Counted from the first letter of the stretch, positions 16,354-26,036 are shown. The stretch is 28,149 nucleotides of DNA from Alphaproteobacteria bacterium (GCA_009783855.1 WRCO01000015.1:1-28149); one strand, 5' to 3'. Numbers and translations: made by a program. Notes: generated by a model from the sequence alone, not told the origin.

Positions 16354-17259
16354 ATGCCGGCGAAGTCTTTGGCCGTAAAAGTTGAAAGATTCCTTTATCT
16401 TTGCCGCCGACGTTTCAGGTCGGAAGCCGCCGCGGAATTTCCAAATTTCCTTTCCATCGTCTGCATCTCGAAAAACGAAGGACTTTATTTCAGGGAATTC
16501 ATAGAATTCCACCGCATGGTCGGTGTTGATAAATTCTATGTATACGACAATGAATCCGACGACGGCACCCGCGAAATTTTGGAACCGTATGTCAAAGCCG
16601 GCATCGTGGAATATATCTGTTGGCCGGGCAAAGCACAGCAACGTATCGTTTACAACCACGCGCTTTTGAAATATCGTTTCGACACCAAATGGATGGCCGT
16701 TGTTGATTTGGACGAATTCATCGTCCCGGTTGCGGATAAAACGGTCGCGGATTATTTGCGCCGCACGCCGCCATATGTGACACAGGTTGTCATCGGATGG
16801 GTGAATTATGGCTCTGGCGGGCATGAGGCGGCGCCACGCGGCCTTGTCATCGAAAATTTCAAAATGCGCATCGCGGACCCGTGCGACAAGAATGCATTCC
16901 AGCCGCGGCATGTAAAGGGAATCATAAATCCGCGGCACGTTGTAAAAGTGCGATGCCATCGTCACAAACACCTTGGGCTGGACGACGTTTCGTCCGACCC
17001 GGAGCGCAACAATTTCGGGACATGGCCGCTTCGCGTCAATCATTATCAATCCAAATCATGGGAAGAGTTTGCGAAAAAGAAAGCGCGCGGTTCGGCAAGC
17101 CCTGTGGCCCATGCCGACAATCATTTCCGCGTGGATAAAAATCAAGTTTTGGTCCGGCTGTATTCGCGCGAATGGTTTGACAGGCTTGACACGAACGATG
17201 TCAAAGATTCGATTATGGATAAACATATCGCAAAGTTGAAAAACATCTGCCCGGTATGA
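16354..17259 (+). CDS. Glycosyltransferase, GT92 (DUF23)-like
   Basis: LSIVCISKNEGLYFREFIEFHRMVGVDKFYVYDNESDDGT pattern typical of bacterial GT92 proteins; start set at first ATG after C-tract. Confidence 0.6.
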   Translation: MPAKSLAVKVERFLYLCRRRFRSEAAAEFPNFLSIVCISKNEGLYFREFIEFHRMVGVDKFYVYDNESDDGTREILEPYVKAGIVEYICWPGKAQQRIVYNHALLKYRFDTKWMAVVDLDEFIVPVADKTVADYLRRTPPYVTQVVIGWVNYGSGGHEAAPRGLVIENFKMRIADPCDKNAFQPRHVKGIINPRHVVKVRCHRHKHLGLDDVSSDPERNNFGTWPLRVNHYQSKSWEEFAKKKARGSASPVAHADNHFRVDKNQVLVRLYSREWFDRLDTNDVKDSIMDKHIAKLKNICPV

Positions 17260-17299
17260 AACAGGCCCGGGGCCGCCCACCTTTCAAAGCAACGTTGAA

Positions 17300-18505
17300 T
17301 TACAAACCAACAGCGGTAAAGCCGTTTTTCTTGATTTTCTTTTTAATCCGGTGTGTTTTTTGATTTTCAAGCAGTCTGAAAATATTGGCGCTTTTGTCCG
17401 ATACGAAAACATTCGCCGGCGGCAAATCTTTCAAAGTAATATCATAACCGTTTGTCATCGGAATGACATCCGGGATGATTATGTAATTCTGAACCTCTTC
17501 CGCAACTTCGGAAATCAACGATACGTGCCTTGTCAATATCTTTTCATCTTGGACGCCGTTTTGCATCAAATTATCCCGGGTGATTTCAAGCTGTAACAAA
17601 TCGCGCCCGGCAAGTATGTATTTCGTTATCTTCCCGGAAAACTTTTTATGCATTATTACCGGAACATGACCCTGCATCGGGTTCCAGAAAAGGCACGCGC
17701 CGCAAAGCTTTTCATCGACAAGCAATCCGGCAAGCAATCCGGATTGATAGCCAAGCGTATCAAAATCCGGCAAGTTATAAACCGTTTTCAACCGATATGA
17801 AAAACCAAAATTATTATGCACGGCGTCACCCCGGATATAAGGCGAAAGCGCGGCGGCGGACGCAGGAGTGCCGACAGGATTTTCCGGCGCGCTGAAATGA
17901 AAAACCGTGTGGGTTTTGCCCGCTTCTTTGAATTTTATAACGGCGCAGGCCGCGGCAAGAATTTCTTTTATTTTCGCCTCAAGCGGTTTTATCACAACGA
18001 TGGCGCAAAGCCCGCCGCGTGAATGCGACGAAAGCATTTTCTTTAACAGGTCTTCAAGTCCTTTGTCCCCTATTTTCGCCGGAACGTTCGATACGATAAA
18101 ATCGTATTTCAAATCCGTGCTTTTGATGCCAAGTTCGCCGGAAAATCTACAACCCGCGATATCATTCAATCCGGCGTTAAGTTTTGTAAAATCAAGCGCA
18201 AGCATATCGCGGTCGGTAAACGTCACATCGATATGCGGGTGTTTTTTCTTCAAACATATTCCGATAATTCCCGCGCCGGCGCCGATGTCCTTCACTTTTG
18301 CAATTGATTCGAAATCAATATTCTGGGCGATGGTTTTTAACAACAGCCTTGTCCCCGTATCGACGTCGAAACTGCTGAACAACGCATGCGACAGACAGAA
18401 TTTCAATTTTTCCCCCGTAAAGGAGAAATCCGCCACCTTGTCGACAAGAATCGAAATCTTTTCGTCCGCGATTTTTTTCGGCAATGATAAGTTCGTTTTT
18501 TTCAT
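17300..18505 (-). CDS. Class I SAM-dependent methyltransferase, RsmC/RlmG-like (two-domain rRNA guanine-N2 MTase family)
   Basis: 401 aa; VKDIGAGAGIIGICL (motif I), DVTFTDRD, FDFIVSNVPAK (NPPF-like motif IV). Confidence 0.55.
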   Translation of the reverse strand: MKKTNLSLPKKIADEKISILVDKVADFSFTGEKLKFCLSHALFSSFDVDTGTRLLLKTIAQNIDFESIAKVKDIGAGAGIIGICLKKKHPHIDVTFTDRDMLALDFTKLNAGLNDIAGCRFSGELGIKSTDLKYDFIVSNVPAKIGDKGLEDLLKKMLSSHSRGGLCAIVVIKPLEAKIKEILAAACAVIKFKEAGKTHTVFHFSAPENPVGTPASAAALSPYIRGDAVHNNFGFSYRLKTVYNLPDFDTLGYQSGLLAGLLVDEKLCGACLFWNPMQGHVPVIMHKKFSGKITKYILAGRDLLQLEITRDNLMQNGVQDEKILTRHVSLISEVAEEVQNYIIIPDVIPMTNGYDITLKDLPPANVFVSDKSANIFRLLENQKTHRIKKKIKKNGFTAVGL

Positions 18506-18519
18506 ACGGCCTGTTTCCC

Positions 18520-19284
18520 TTAAAACCTGTAAGTCGCGCCGACGCCGAACAGCAATTGATTTTTATCGTGCGTAATCGGCGATTTTGCGGCCGCGCCGAC
18601 AAGGCGCATATATTCGAACGCAAAATCAATCGAGGCTTTTTCGGTTATGAAATATCGCGCAAGTCCGCCGAAATCAAGGCTTTTAAGCCCTGCGCCCGGC
18701 CGGTATAAATCATATACATATCCGTACCGCATGTTTTCCGATTCCGTTATTCCGAAATATGTTCGGTTGTATTGCCTGCTTCCATATATTGCGGTCGCAT
18801 ACAAAGTCAAATGCACGGACCGGGAAATATCGTCCCGCCATGTGACGCCAAGATTATAAGACGAACCTTTGTTGTCGTTCGCAAGCCCTTCGGTTATTCG
18901 GAAATTGAACAATACGGGTTCAAACCGCAATATGGTATTCAGCGTCGCGGTCGGGCGGACATTTTTAATCCATTCGACTGTGTCCATCGCTTCGCCAAGA
19001 TTTCTTTTGGCGCGCCATCGTACGGCGGGCGCGAAAATAAGACTTCGCGATTCGTTCACGGGAAGAAACGCGCCGACGCCCTGTATAGTGTTCAAAAAGA
19101 AAGGCCCGTATTCCACGTCAATCATGGGAAGATAATATGGTTCGAAACTGTTCGACCCCATGTATTTCGGCGCGACAAAGCCCATCGCGCCGACGGACGC
19201 GCGCCATTCGAAATCGGCGGCGGCGGTTCCGCAAAAGAGCGCGGCGGCGATAAAAATAATCGCTTTTATATTTTTCACGCCCAT
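18520..19284 (-). CDS. MipA/OmpV-family outer-membrane protein
   Basis: Start refined to MGVKNIKAIIFIAAALFCGTAAA (signal peptide); beta-rich, ends ...FGVGATYRF (C-terminal Phe). Confidence 0.6.
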   Translation of the reverse strand: MGVKNIKAIIFIAAALFCGTAAADFEWRASVGAMGFVAPKYMGSNSFEPYYLPMIDVEYGPFFLNTIQGVGAFLPVNESRSLIFAPAVRWRAKRNLGEAMDTVEWIKNVRPTATLNTILRFEPVLFNFRITEGLANDNKGSSYNLGVTWRDDISRSVHLTLYATAIYGSRQYNRTYFGITESENMRYGYVYDLYRPGAGLKSLDFGGLARYFITEKASIDFAFEYMRLVGAAAKSPITHDKNQLLFGVGATYRF

Positions 19285-19299
19285 ATTATAGTACGCGAA

Positions 19300-20580
19300 A
19301 TGGATAAAAGGAAACTTTTCTTTTGGTGCCTGTACACTTTCGCGAATTCCATCGTGTTCGTGAACTTTCTTGTCTATTTCGCAAAATGGATGGTGGTCGA
19401 CAGCGGCGTATCCGACATGGCGTACAATATGATATTCGTCATTGCGGCCGTCATGCTTCTTTTTTCCGCGCCGGCGCTTGCGGCGCATACGGACGCGTGC
19501 GGAAATCGGAAACTGTTTTTGAACCTTGCGACCGTCGGGACGGTCGGCGCGTATCTTGTCGCGGGACTTTGCGCGATTTACGGCGCTCCGGTTTTGTACG
19601 CGTTTTTGGCGCGAATGGCCGGTCATTATTTTTTCCAATTGTCGTATATATTTTACGACCCGATGCTGAACGATTTGTCCGACGAAAAGCACCGCGCGCG
19701 CGCATCCGGTATCGGTCAATTTTGCAGCAACGCCGGAATGATTTTCGGCCTCGCGGTATTTTTGCCGCTTGTGGCAAGCGGCGGGCGCCTTGCCCCGCTT
19801 ATCCCGTCGGTTGCTTTATTCGCGCTTTTGGCGCTTCCGATGATGATTTTTTACCATGAAAAACCGTGCCGCGCGGAACCGGTTAAAAAGCAGAAAATCA
19901 AACTTGGGTTCGATTGGAAAAAATTCAGAAAGTTCATCCTTACATCCGCCGCGGCGCCAATCCTTATCGCGTTTTTCTTTTACACGAACGCGCTGAATAC
20001 GATTACGAACAATTACGCGATTTACGCGAACAAGGTTTTATCAATGTCGGACGGATTGACGTCGGTCATACTTATGGTTAATTTGGCGGCGGCGGCGCTT
20101 GGCGCGCTTGTCATCGGATTTATCGGAGACAAGATTGGTATCCGCCGGTGCCTTATCGGTATTCTTTGGACTTGGCTTGTCCTTATCCCCGTTATTGCGG
20201 CGGCGGACAGCACGGGCGTGTTCTTTGCGCTTGCCGCCGTTTTGGGACTTACCATCGGCGCCGGCTGGGCGATAAGCCGCGCGTATGTAAGCACGAATTT
20301 GGAACAGGGTCAGATAGGATACGGATTTTCGTTCTATACCATATTCGAACGCTTTTCATCAACCATCGGGCCGCTTGCGTGGGGCGGAATTCTTTTGTTC
20401 GGCGGCGGGTATCGGACGGCGATGCTGTCGATGGCGGGATTCATAGTCGTCGGACTTATTGTCTTGCAATTTTTTACAAAGCCCGAGACGCGCCAAGTCT
20501 ATAAGATGCAAGGCGGTCGTAAAGTTTCTTCTTCTGTGGTATATAAGCCATCGCCCAAAGCCCGATTAAAACGGAAATAA
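19300..20580 (+). CDS. MFS transporter (UMF1/Atg22-like)
   Basis: Start refined to MDKRKLFFWCLYTFANS...; multiple TM helices. Confidence 0.6.
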   Translation: MDKRKLFFWCLYTFANSIVFVNFLVYFAKWMVVDSGVSDMAYNMIFVIAAVMLLFSAPALAAHTDACGNRKLFLNLATVGTVGAYLVAGLCAIYGAPVLYAFLARMAGHYFFQLSYIFYDPMLNDLSDEKHRARASGIGQFCSNAGMIFGLAVFLPLVASGGRLAPLIPSVALFALLALPMMIFYHEKPCRAEPVKKQKIKLGFDWKKFRKFILTSAAAPILIAFFFYTNALNTITNNYAIYANKVLSMSDGLTSVILMVNLAAAALGALVIGFIGDKIGIRRCLIGILWTWLVLIPVIAAADSTGVFFALAAVLGLTIGAGWAISRAYVSTNLEQGQIGYGFSFYTIFERFSSTIGPLAWGGILLFGGGYRTAMLSMAGFIVVGLIVLQFFTKPETRQVYKMQGGRKVSSSVVYKPSPKARLKRK

Positions 20581-21691
20581 GCCCGGTAAGCAGTATGGAA
20601 AGCCGGTATCCGCCGCCCATCATCACCCCCGCCATCATGACCATATATGACAAGATACACGTCGCCTGTTCGCAAAAACTGTACGCGGACAAAAACGCGC
20701 TTCGACTTGCGGGCGGAAGGGCATGTTGAAACCTTGAATAAACAAGAACGCGAACAATGGCATATACGAAACAAAACAGTCCAAGGAACACAAGACCCGG
20801 CACGGAATAGAATATCGAAAGCAGAATCAACATCAATCCGATAACGACCACGCCCGCGAAAAGTTTTTTATCCGGAAGCCATTCAAACCTGTCCGCGACG
20901 GAATTTCCGAAAGTCTGGCACAAAAGCGATATGACGAAAAGACCGCCGACAAGTTCCGGCCGGACGCCCACCTCTACGCCTATAAGCCCAAGATATTCGT
21001 CTATCTGCGAAACGGCATACACCAGGGTGACCAGAACCAAAAGATAGAAAACATACGGCACCCGCTTCATAACGGTTCCCGCAAGGCGAAGAGATTTTAC
21101 AGCATTCGCTTTTCTTTTAACCTGGAGACGCGACCGAATCTTCATCCGGGCAAGGAATAGCGCCGACAAAGCCACGGACGCGATTGTCACATGCGCGACA
21201 AAATCATACCCAAGCGGAATCATCAAAGACCCGGTGCACGCAAGGATAAGCGCCACGCATTCAATCGCAGTCTTGTGCCCGCAGACTTTGGCGTAAATAG
21301 ACCGGTATCTTCGTGCCTGTAATTCATCGTACACAAGCGCTTCCCACACCACGTTGTACGCCGCCCAATGTATGCCCCAAAGCAGAAATCCGAACGCAAA
21401 TCCCCAAAACGTCGGCCACAGTATCCACGCGCCGAAACACGCCGCCTTTAACAAAACCGCGATAATCATTATAAGTTTTTTTGAAATCCTGTTCGAAGCG
21501 GCAAGCACCGGTATCTGCGCCGCGACAACGCAAAGCGACCATATTATAAGCAAAACCGACACGCCGACGTCCGAAACACCGCTTTTGGAAAAGAACAGCA
21601 TGTATATCGGATACATGAAGACAAGGCTGTTAAAAAACGAATAGCCGTATACGTTGAAAAGAAAGCTTCGCAAAGAGGATTGTTTTTTCAT
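20474..21691 (-). CDS. MFS-type transporter
   Basis: 405 aa, ~12 hydrophobic helices; 3' end overlaps preceding plus-strand MFS gene by 107 bp. Confidence 0.6.
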   Translation of the reverse strand: MKKQSSLRSFLFNVYGYSFFNSLVFMYPIYMLFFSKSGVSDVGVSVLLIIWSLCVVAAQIPVLAASNRISKKLIMIIAVLLKAACFGAWILWPTFWGFAFGFLLWGIHWAAYNVVWEALVYDELQARRYRSIYAKVCGHKTAIECVALILACTGSLMIPLGYDFVAHVTIASVALSALFLARMKIRSRLQVKRKANAVKSLRLAGTVMKRVPYVFYLLVLVTLVYAVSQIDEYLGLIGVEVGVRPELVGGLFVISLLCQTFGNSVADRFEWLPDKKLFAGVVVIGLMLILLSIFYSVPGLVFLGLFCFVYAIVRVLVYSRFQHALPPASRSAFLSAYSFCEQATCILSYMVMMAGVMMGGGYRLSILLTGLISVLIGLWAMAYIPQKKKLYDRLASYRLGASRAL

Positions 21692-21747
21692 GCTGGGAAT
21701 AATATCACAAATTGATATTTATGTCAAAGAGCGGTATCATAAACATC

Positions 21748-21777
21748 TTGACAAACATTTGAAGCGGGGTGTATAAA
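21748..21777 (+). promoter_or_regulatory. Sigma70-like promoter TTGACA-18bp-TATAAA for paralog pair
   Basis: perfect TTGACA (21748-21753), TATAAA (21772-21777), SD aaggat before ATG 21803. Confidence 0.5.
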
Positions 21778-21802
21778 CCAACATAATCCAAAGGATATAA
21801 AG

Positions 21803-22078
21803 ATGACGATGGAAGAAACAGCTTTTATTAGCCGAGTCAACGCATGGCTTAAAACACATTCGCCGACATTTGCCGAAACCCCCATTCGCGGCGGCGAGAC
21901 AATTGTCACTATGTACAACATCGGCAACCATATAACACTGGAACGCCAAGTAACGGACGAATACATAGAATACAGCGGCGGGATAAACGACGGGGGCAGA
22001 TTCCGCACGTTCCGTCAAAGGACGCTTAAACAGGCATTCAACCTTGCCGCCGCCGCACATGCAAGAATAAAAGCATAA
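21803..22078 (+). CDS. Hypothetical small protein (paralog 1)
   Basis: 91 aa; good SD; N-terminus MTMEETAFISRVNAWLKT parallels next gene. Confidence 0.45.
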   Translation: MTMEETAFISRVNAWLKTHSPTFAETPIRGGETIVTMYNIGNHITLERQVTDEYIEYSGGINDGGRFRTFRQRTLKQAFNLAAAAHARIKA

Positions 22079-22081
22079 AGC

Positions 22082-22708
22082 GTGACGTGGTCGGATGAAC
22101 AATTTATCGAACAAGTGCGCGGCTTTCTTAACAAGCCGGACAGGACGACGGACGAAATAAGAACATCCGGCGCAACCGCGTACATTATAAAATGCAAAGA
22201 CGGCCTGATAAGCCTTGAAACACACAAAGCCGGGCACCGCTTTGTAATATGCGGAAACAACCGTTCGACTTTGGACACGGAAATGCCGGGGATAAGCAAG
22301 ACAGCAATCGCGCGGGCGTACGGCATGGCGAACCTTGCGCATCGGCGCGACCGGTCGCACCGCCCTGTGACAAAAGAGCAAACGGCGGCGCAATTATTAT
22401 TGGAATTAACGGAATCCGATGTCGTGCCAAGAAATAAATTTCTTTCCGACCTTCAAAGAAACCTTCAGCATCCGCAATGGAAAATCGACCTTTGGCACAT
22501 TGAAAACCGCCACCCCGACATCATAGTATGCTGGGTCGATGGTTACAGTCTTGAATGCCACCGCACGGAAAAGGCAATCGAATACAAAATCACATGGATG
22601 GACAACCGCGATGCGTCCCGCCCGCGGCTTGGGCATGAAACGCTTCGCGCGGCATGCAATATGATTGCATCCGCGTTTATAAACAGACAGCGGTACGGAC
22701 GCGGGTAA
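22082..22708 (+). CDS. Hypothetical protein (paralog 2 with ~110-aa C-terminal extension); GTG start
   Basis: 208 aa; MTWSDEQFIEQVRGFLNK... aligns with paralog 1 over first ~90 aa; opposite-strand 218-aa ORF judged antisense artefact. Confidence 0.45.
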   Translation: MTWSDEQFIEQVRGFLNKPDRTTDEIRTSGATAYIIKCKDGLISLETHKAGHRFVICGNNRSTLDTEMPGISKTAIARAYGMANLAHRRDRSHRPVTKEQTAAQLLLELTESDVVPRNKFLSDLQRNLQHPQWKIDLWHIENRHPDIIVCWVDGYSLECHRTEKAIEYKITWMDNRDASRPRLGHETLRAACNMIASAFINRQRYGRG

Positions 22709-22712
22709 AATA

Positions 22713-23309
22713 TCACCGCGCCTTTTCTTTATACAACGTTTCGACCAATTCCATCACAGGCCGCACGCCGATGTCGAAAAATTTCATCTGGCCGATACTG
22801 TTCGAAATCATATATGAATGAAACAATCTGCATCCGGCGAAGGAAATGTCAAAGTAATACGGCCCCCCGTCCAAAACGCCGTCAAGATAGTTAAGGACAT
22901 CCCCGTTCGTCGGATTATGGATAACATACCCGGTAAGCCCAAGCTTTTCATGCCTTATCAGATATTTTACGACAACGGTGTCGTCTTTTTTCACATAGTC
23001 GTTATAAAGCATCCGGTCAAGCGCGTCTTCGGAATCCGCGGCGCAAACAATGCGTTCTATGGGATAAATCTCTGCAAGCGATTTCACGGTTTCAAGACTG
23101 AGGGTTTCGAACTTTTCTATCGCCGCCTTCACCAACCGCTTGCGCTTAAGCATTCTTTTGTAAAAGTTTCGCAGCACGGTATTGACGGGCTGCCAGCCCA
23201 ATTCCGCCCTGGATCCTGCGCGCTCTACGCGCATGCATTCTACCATAAACTTGCATACAATCGTTTTTGCCCTCTCTTGCGCCGAAATGATGTCGGTGTT
23301 GGAATTCAT
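22713..23309 (-). CDS. Hypothetical protein (second gene of 2-gene operon)
   Basis: 198 aa; start ATG overlaps upstream stop (TGAtATG). Confidence 0.45.
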   Translation of the reverse strand: MNSNTDIISAQERAKTIVCKFMVECMRVERAGSRAELGWQPVNTVLRNFYKRMLKRKRLVKAAIEKFETLSLETVKSLAEIYPIERIVCAADSEDALDRMLYNDYVKKDDTVVVKYLIRHEKLGLTGYVIHNPTNGDVLNYLDGVLDGGPYYFDISFAGCRLFHSYMISNSIGQMKFFDIGVRPVMELVETLYKEKAR

Positions 23310-23310
23310 A

Positions 23311-24225
23311 TCATCGTACTATCGTGCATCTTGTCGCAATCATGCACCGTGCGCCCACGTCCTCGACAGCGGCGTACGGCACGTGGACTTTGACCGGCCT
23401 GCCCGAATCAATCCGTTCGCGGCCGTCGTAATACGAACCTTTGCCGAATGCCTCTTGCCATCTTTGTTCGGTGAAGACTTCTATCTTTTTCGGCGGGAAT
23501 TTTTTTGTGCCGGCGGTGATTTCTCTGAACCAGCTTATGTTGCAAACCGTCGAAGTCGGAATCTCCGCCAATTCATACGTTATTTCGCCGTCAAGGCCGA
23601 TGATGGCGTATGTTTTTTCGATTTTTTCCCGGGGGTTCTCCCATGACTGATTCTGTGCTATGTACCCGATGACGTAACCCTGCATCAATACGAATCCTTT
23701 GACGGCGAATTCGGTATCGGAAAAGCCCGGGTATGCCAAAACGAACCTTTTCGACGCCGAATCCAGTTCGCCAAGGTATCCGCGCATCGCCGGTCCGTAC
23801 AAATTCTTTTGATATTGCAGTGTCGGCTTGTCCAGAATATTTTTGTCATCCTTGGCATGCGCAAGCCAGAAATTATAATAAGCATTCGGATGTATGATTC
23901 CGTCGACCATCCAGAAGTTTGTCATAATTTGTAATTTCCTATAGAAGTCTTCGCCGGCATTCCGGAATATAATGTCGCAGAACAGGTTTTGTTCCACAAT
24001 CTTGTTTATATTCTGTGTATATTCGTTCATGAAACTTTCCGGAAAATTTATGCCGCGGCAAGTGAACGATTTCAAATCATACGCATTCATCCCGCTTGCT
24101 TTTCCCCTCAAGCCGGCTGGGTCGGCAAGGAATTCGGCAAAACTTTGGTATGTGCGGGCGTCGCAATTGTAATTCTTCGCTCTTTTCTTTATCGATTCAT
24201 TGACAAGTCGTATTGCTGTTTTCAT
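23311..24225 (-). CDS. Hypothetical protein (first gene of 2-gene operon)
   Basis: Start refined to MKTAIRLVNES with SD aaagagg 6 nt upstream; 304 aa; W/Y/F-rich, no domain recognised. Confidence 0.45.
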   Translation of the reverse strand: MKTAIRLVNESIKKRAKNYNCDARTYQSFAEFLADPAGLRGKASGMNAYDLKSFTCRGINFPESFMNEYTQNINKIVEQNLFCDIIFRNAGEDFYRKLQIMTNFWMVDGIIHPNAYYNFWLAHAKDDKNILDKPTLQYQKNLYGPAMRGYLGELDSASKRFVLAYPGFSDTEFAVKGFVLMQGYVIGYIAQNQSWENPREKIEKTYAIIGLDGEITYELAEIPTSTVCNISWFREITAGTKKFPPKKIEVFTEQRWQEAFGKGSYYDGRERIDSGRPVKVHVPYAAVEDVGARCMIATRCTIVR

Positions 24226-24462
24226 ATTGCGCCTCTTTTGAACGACCGCCGCGCCGCGCCGGTTTGTGGGCGCCATTGTATTATATAATTACATTTTGTC
24301 AAGCGTCGGACGACTTATAATCCCCTTACATATTTCTTGACTTCATTCCTGCGCGGGTATATCATTCCCGCATCTGATATTTACATACAGGGCGCGGGTG
24401 CCGTCGGCGCGCCGGCTGATGGGTTCGATGGAAATAAACAAACAACAAAAAGGAAAAGAAAC

Positions 24463-24999
24463 ATGAAGAATATGAAGAAAATTAATGTAAAGGATTTGGC
24501 GAAAGTGCTTAAAGTCGGCGGATGGATTGTCGCCGGCATGCCCGCGATTTGGGCGCTTGGCAACTTGTTGTCGCTTTCGGCCCTTGTGTCTTGCGTGCTT
24601 TTTATCGCGGTTCTTACGATTTCATTTCTGGACAGGAACTGGCTTAAAAAAGCGGGCAAAGATGTCAAGAAGATTGAAATCTGGTGGTGCCTTTTGCCGC
24701 CGGTTTATCTCTTCAAACGCGCAAAGCTTTTGGGCGGTAAATTGACCGCGGTTTGGATCTGGTCCGGACTTTTTGCGATTGGGCTTATCTTTGCGCTTAT
24801 TTCCGGTGGTAATAATCCGGCGGCGCAATTTAATGCGCAATGCATGCAGGGTCTGCGTTCCGACGCTCCGGTTGAAATCGCACAGAGATATTGCGATTGC
24901 ATGACGGAACTTGCCGCGCGGGTTAACTTTATTCCGGAAGTCCTTGCGAACCCGCAATTGCAACAGCATTGCGCGCGCGTCGCGATGAGATTGCAGTAA
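24463..24999 (+). CDS. Small membrane protein (3-4 TM) with Cys-rich C-terminal domain
   Basis: Start at ATG 24463 after aaaaggaaaag SD; TM helices; followed by terminator. Confidence 0.5.
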   Translation: MKNMKKINVKDLAKVLKVGGWIVAGMPAIWALGNLLSLSALVSCVLFIAVLTISFLDRNWLKKAGKDVKKIEIWWCLLPPVYLFKRAKLLGGKLTAVWIWSGLFAIGLIFALISGGNNPAAQFNAQCMQGLRSDAPVEIAQRYCDCMTELAARVNFIPEVLANPQLQQHCARVAMRLQ

Positions 25000-25020
25000 A
25001 GAAAAACAAACAAATAAAAA

Positions 25021-25041
25021 CCGCGCGCCGCGCGGTTTTTA
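25021..25041 (+). terminator. Intrinsic terminator CCGCGCGccgCGCGCGG + TTTTTAT
   Basis: aaaaaCCGCGCGCCGCGCGGttttta 20 nt after stop. Confidence 0.75.
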
Positions 25042-25261
25042 TTTACTCGGCGATTTGGTGGCAGGAACGTCCCTTATGAGACGAGAAGCGCACACATTGC
25101 AGGTCAAACCGCGATAACCACTTCTTCTTTTTTGTAGTCTAAATTGTATTTGAAAGTATTTCCGAACGGCAGAAAGTGACATATGCCGGACATAAGAAAT
25201 GAACATACTGCCGACATAAGCTAAACTATTTTTAGTAGCTTTTCAACGTGGTTTTTATATA

Positions 25262-25281
25262 TTGTCCACTATAGTGGACAA
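25262..25281. repeat. 20-bp perfect palindrome TTGTCCACTATAGTGGACAA; -35 (TTGTCC) of promoter with TATAAT at 25284-25289
   Basis: Exact palindrome; extended flank atat...atat; 77 bp upstream of ATG 25359. Confidence 0.9.
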
Positions 25282-25358
25282 TATATAATGGATGCTGTAA
25301 ATTGCTTTTCGTAAATATATGAATTACAATTACTCTCGAAAATTCAAAAGGAGATTTA

Positions 25359-26036
25359 ATGTTCGTACCTAATCTTGATTTGTTGCACAAAAGCTCTGAA
25401 AGACCCGAACGAGAGCCGTATATTGCGATATTCAGGAAAGGTGAGAAAATTTTGATATACATTGCGGAAAAGCATAGTGCCAACGAGTCTTTCGATATGA
25501 CGGATTTTTGTTTTTCGGACAAATCTCCGGCCGCACCGCAGGTAGTACTTGTAGAATTTGAGCGGTCCGGAAGAAAAGCAGGGACTGGCGAGATTCATGG
25601 CAACAATTTAGCCTATGCGGCCGCACGCGCCACAGAGTGCGGACTGCCGGTAATCTTTGCGGATTTATCTCGGGACGAATGTCTGGATGTTTGGCGTAAA
25701 AGGTATCCGGAACGCATATTTACGGATGAAGATTTGCGGAGAGCTCGAAGAACCGGTAGACCGAGCACAAACAAAGGCGAGGACAGTTTACTTTTATATG
25801 AACTTGAGTTATATGGTCGCGATCCTTTTATGGTAAAAAACATAGTGGCGGCATTAAACAAATATGAAGTCGTTTTGGCAGTATTTGGTGAAGGACATTA
25901 TCGCGCCCAAAGACTTGTTCTGGAAGACATTATGGGCAAGCCGGAATATATAAAAGATGTCCCGAATACGCGCGGCGATTTCAGCAATTGTAAAATTGTC
26001 CCGATAGATTTAGGTGTTACAATAGCAGAACGATAA
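25359..26036 (+). CDS. TraB/GumN/PrgY (Tiki-like) family protein
   Basis: 225 aa; YIAEKHS (cf. GTAHVS), PQVVLVEFERS (cf. PDvVavElc), C-terminal VLAVFGEGHY (cf. vvGagHl) match TraB-family landmarks (inference). Confidence 0.4.
   Translation: MFVPNLDLLHKSSERPEREPYIAIFRKGEKILIYIAEKHSANESFDMTDFCFSDKSPAAPQVVLVEFERSGRKAGTGEIHGNNLAYAAARATECGLPVIFADLSRDECLDVWRKRYPERIFTDEDLRRARRTGRPSTNKGEDSLLLYELELYGRDPFMVKNIVAALNKYEVVLAVFGEGHYRAQRLVLEDIMGKPEYIKDVPNTRGDFSNCKIVPIDLGVTIAER

Noticed and set aside
16294-17049. Minus-strand 251-aa ORF opposite the glycosyltransferase; 17907..18575 plus ORF opposite the methyltransferase; 21737..22393 minus ORF opposite the paralog pair; 22818..23393 and 24622..24969 ORFs
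   Set aside because: No RBS and composition typical of reverse frames. The opposite-strand genes have motifs, an SD or paralog support.
25266-25277. Resemblance of palindrome core CACTATAG to the T7 RNA polymerase promoter core (TCACTATAG)
   Set aside because: Only the 8-bp core matches. The T7 -17 to -6 specificity region (TAATACGAC) is absent, and all seven copies are perfectly symmetric, which a T7-type promoter is not. It is probably coincidence. A vector-contamination explanation is also unlikely given the native flanks.
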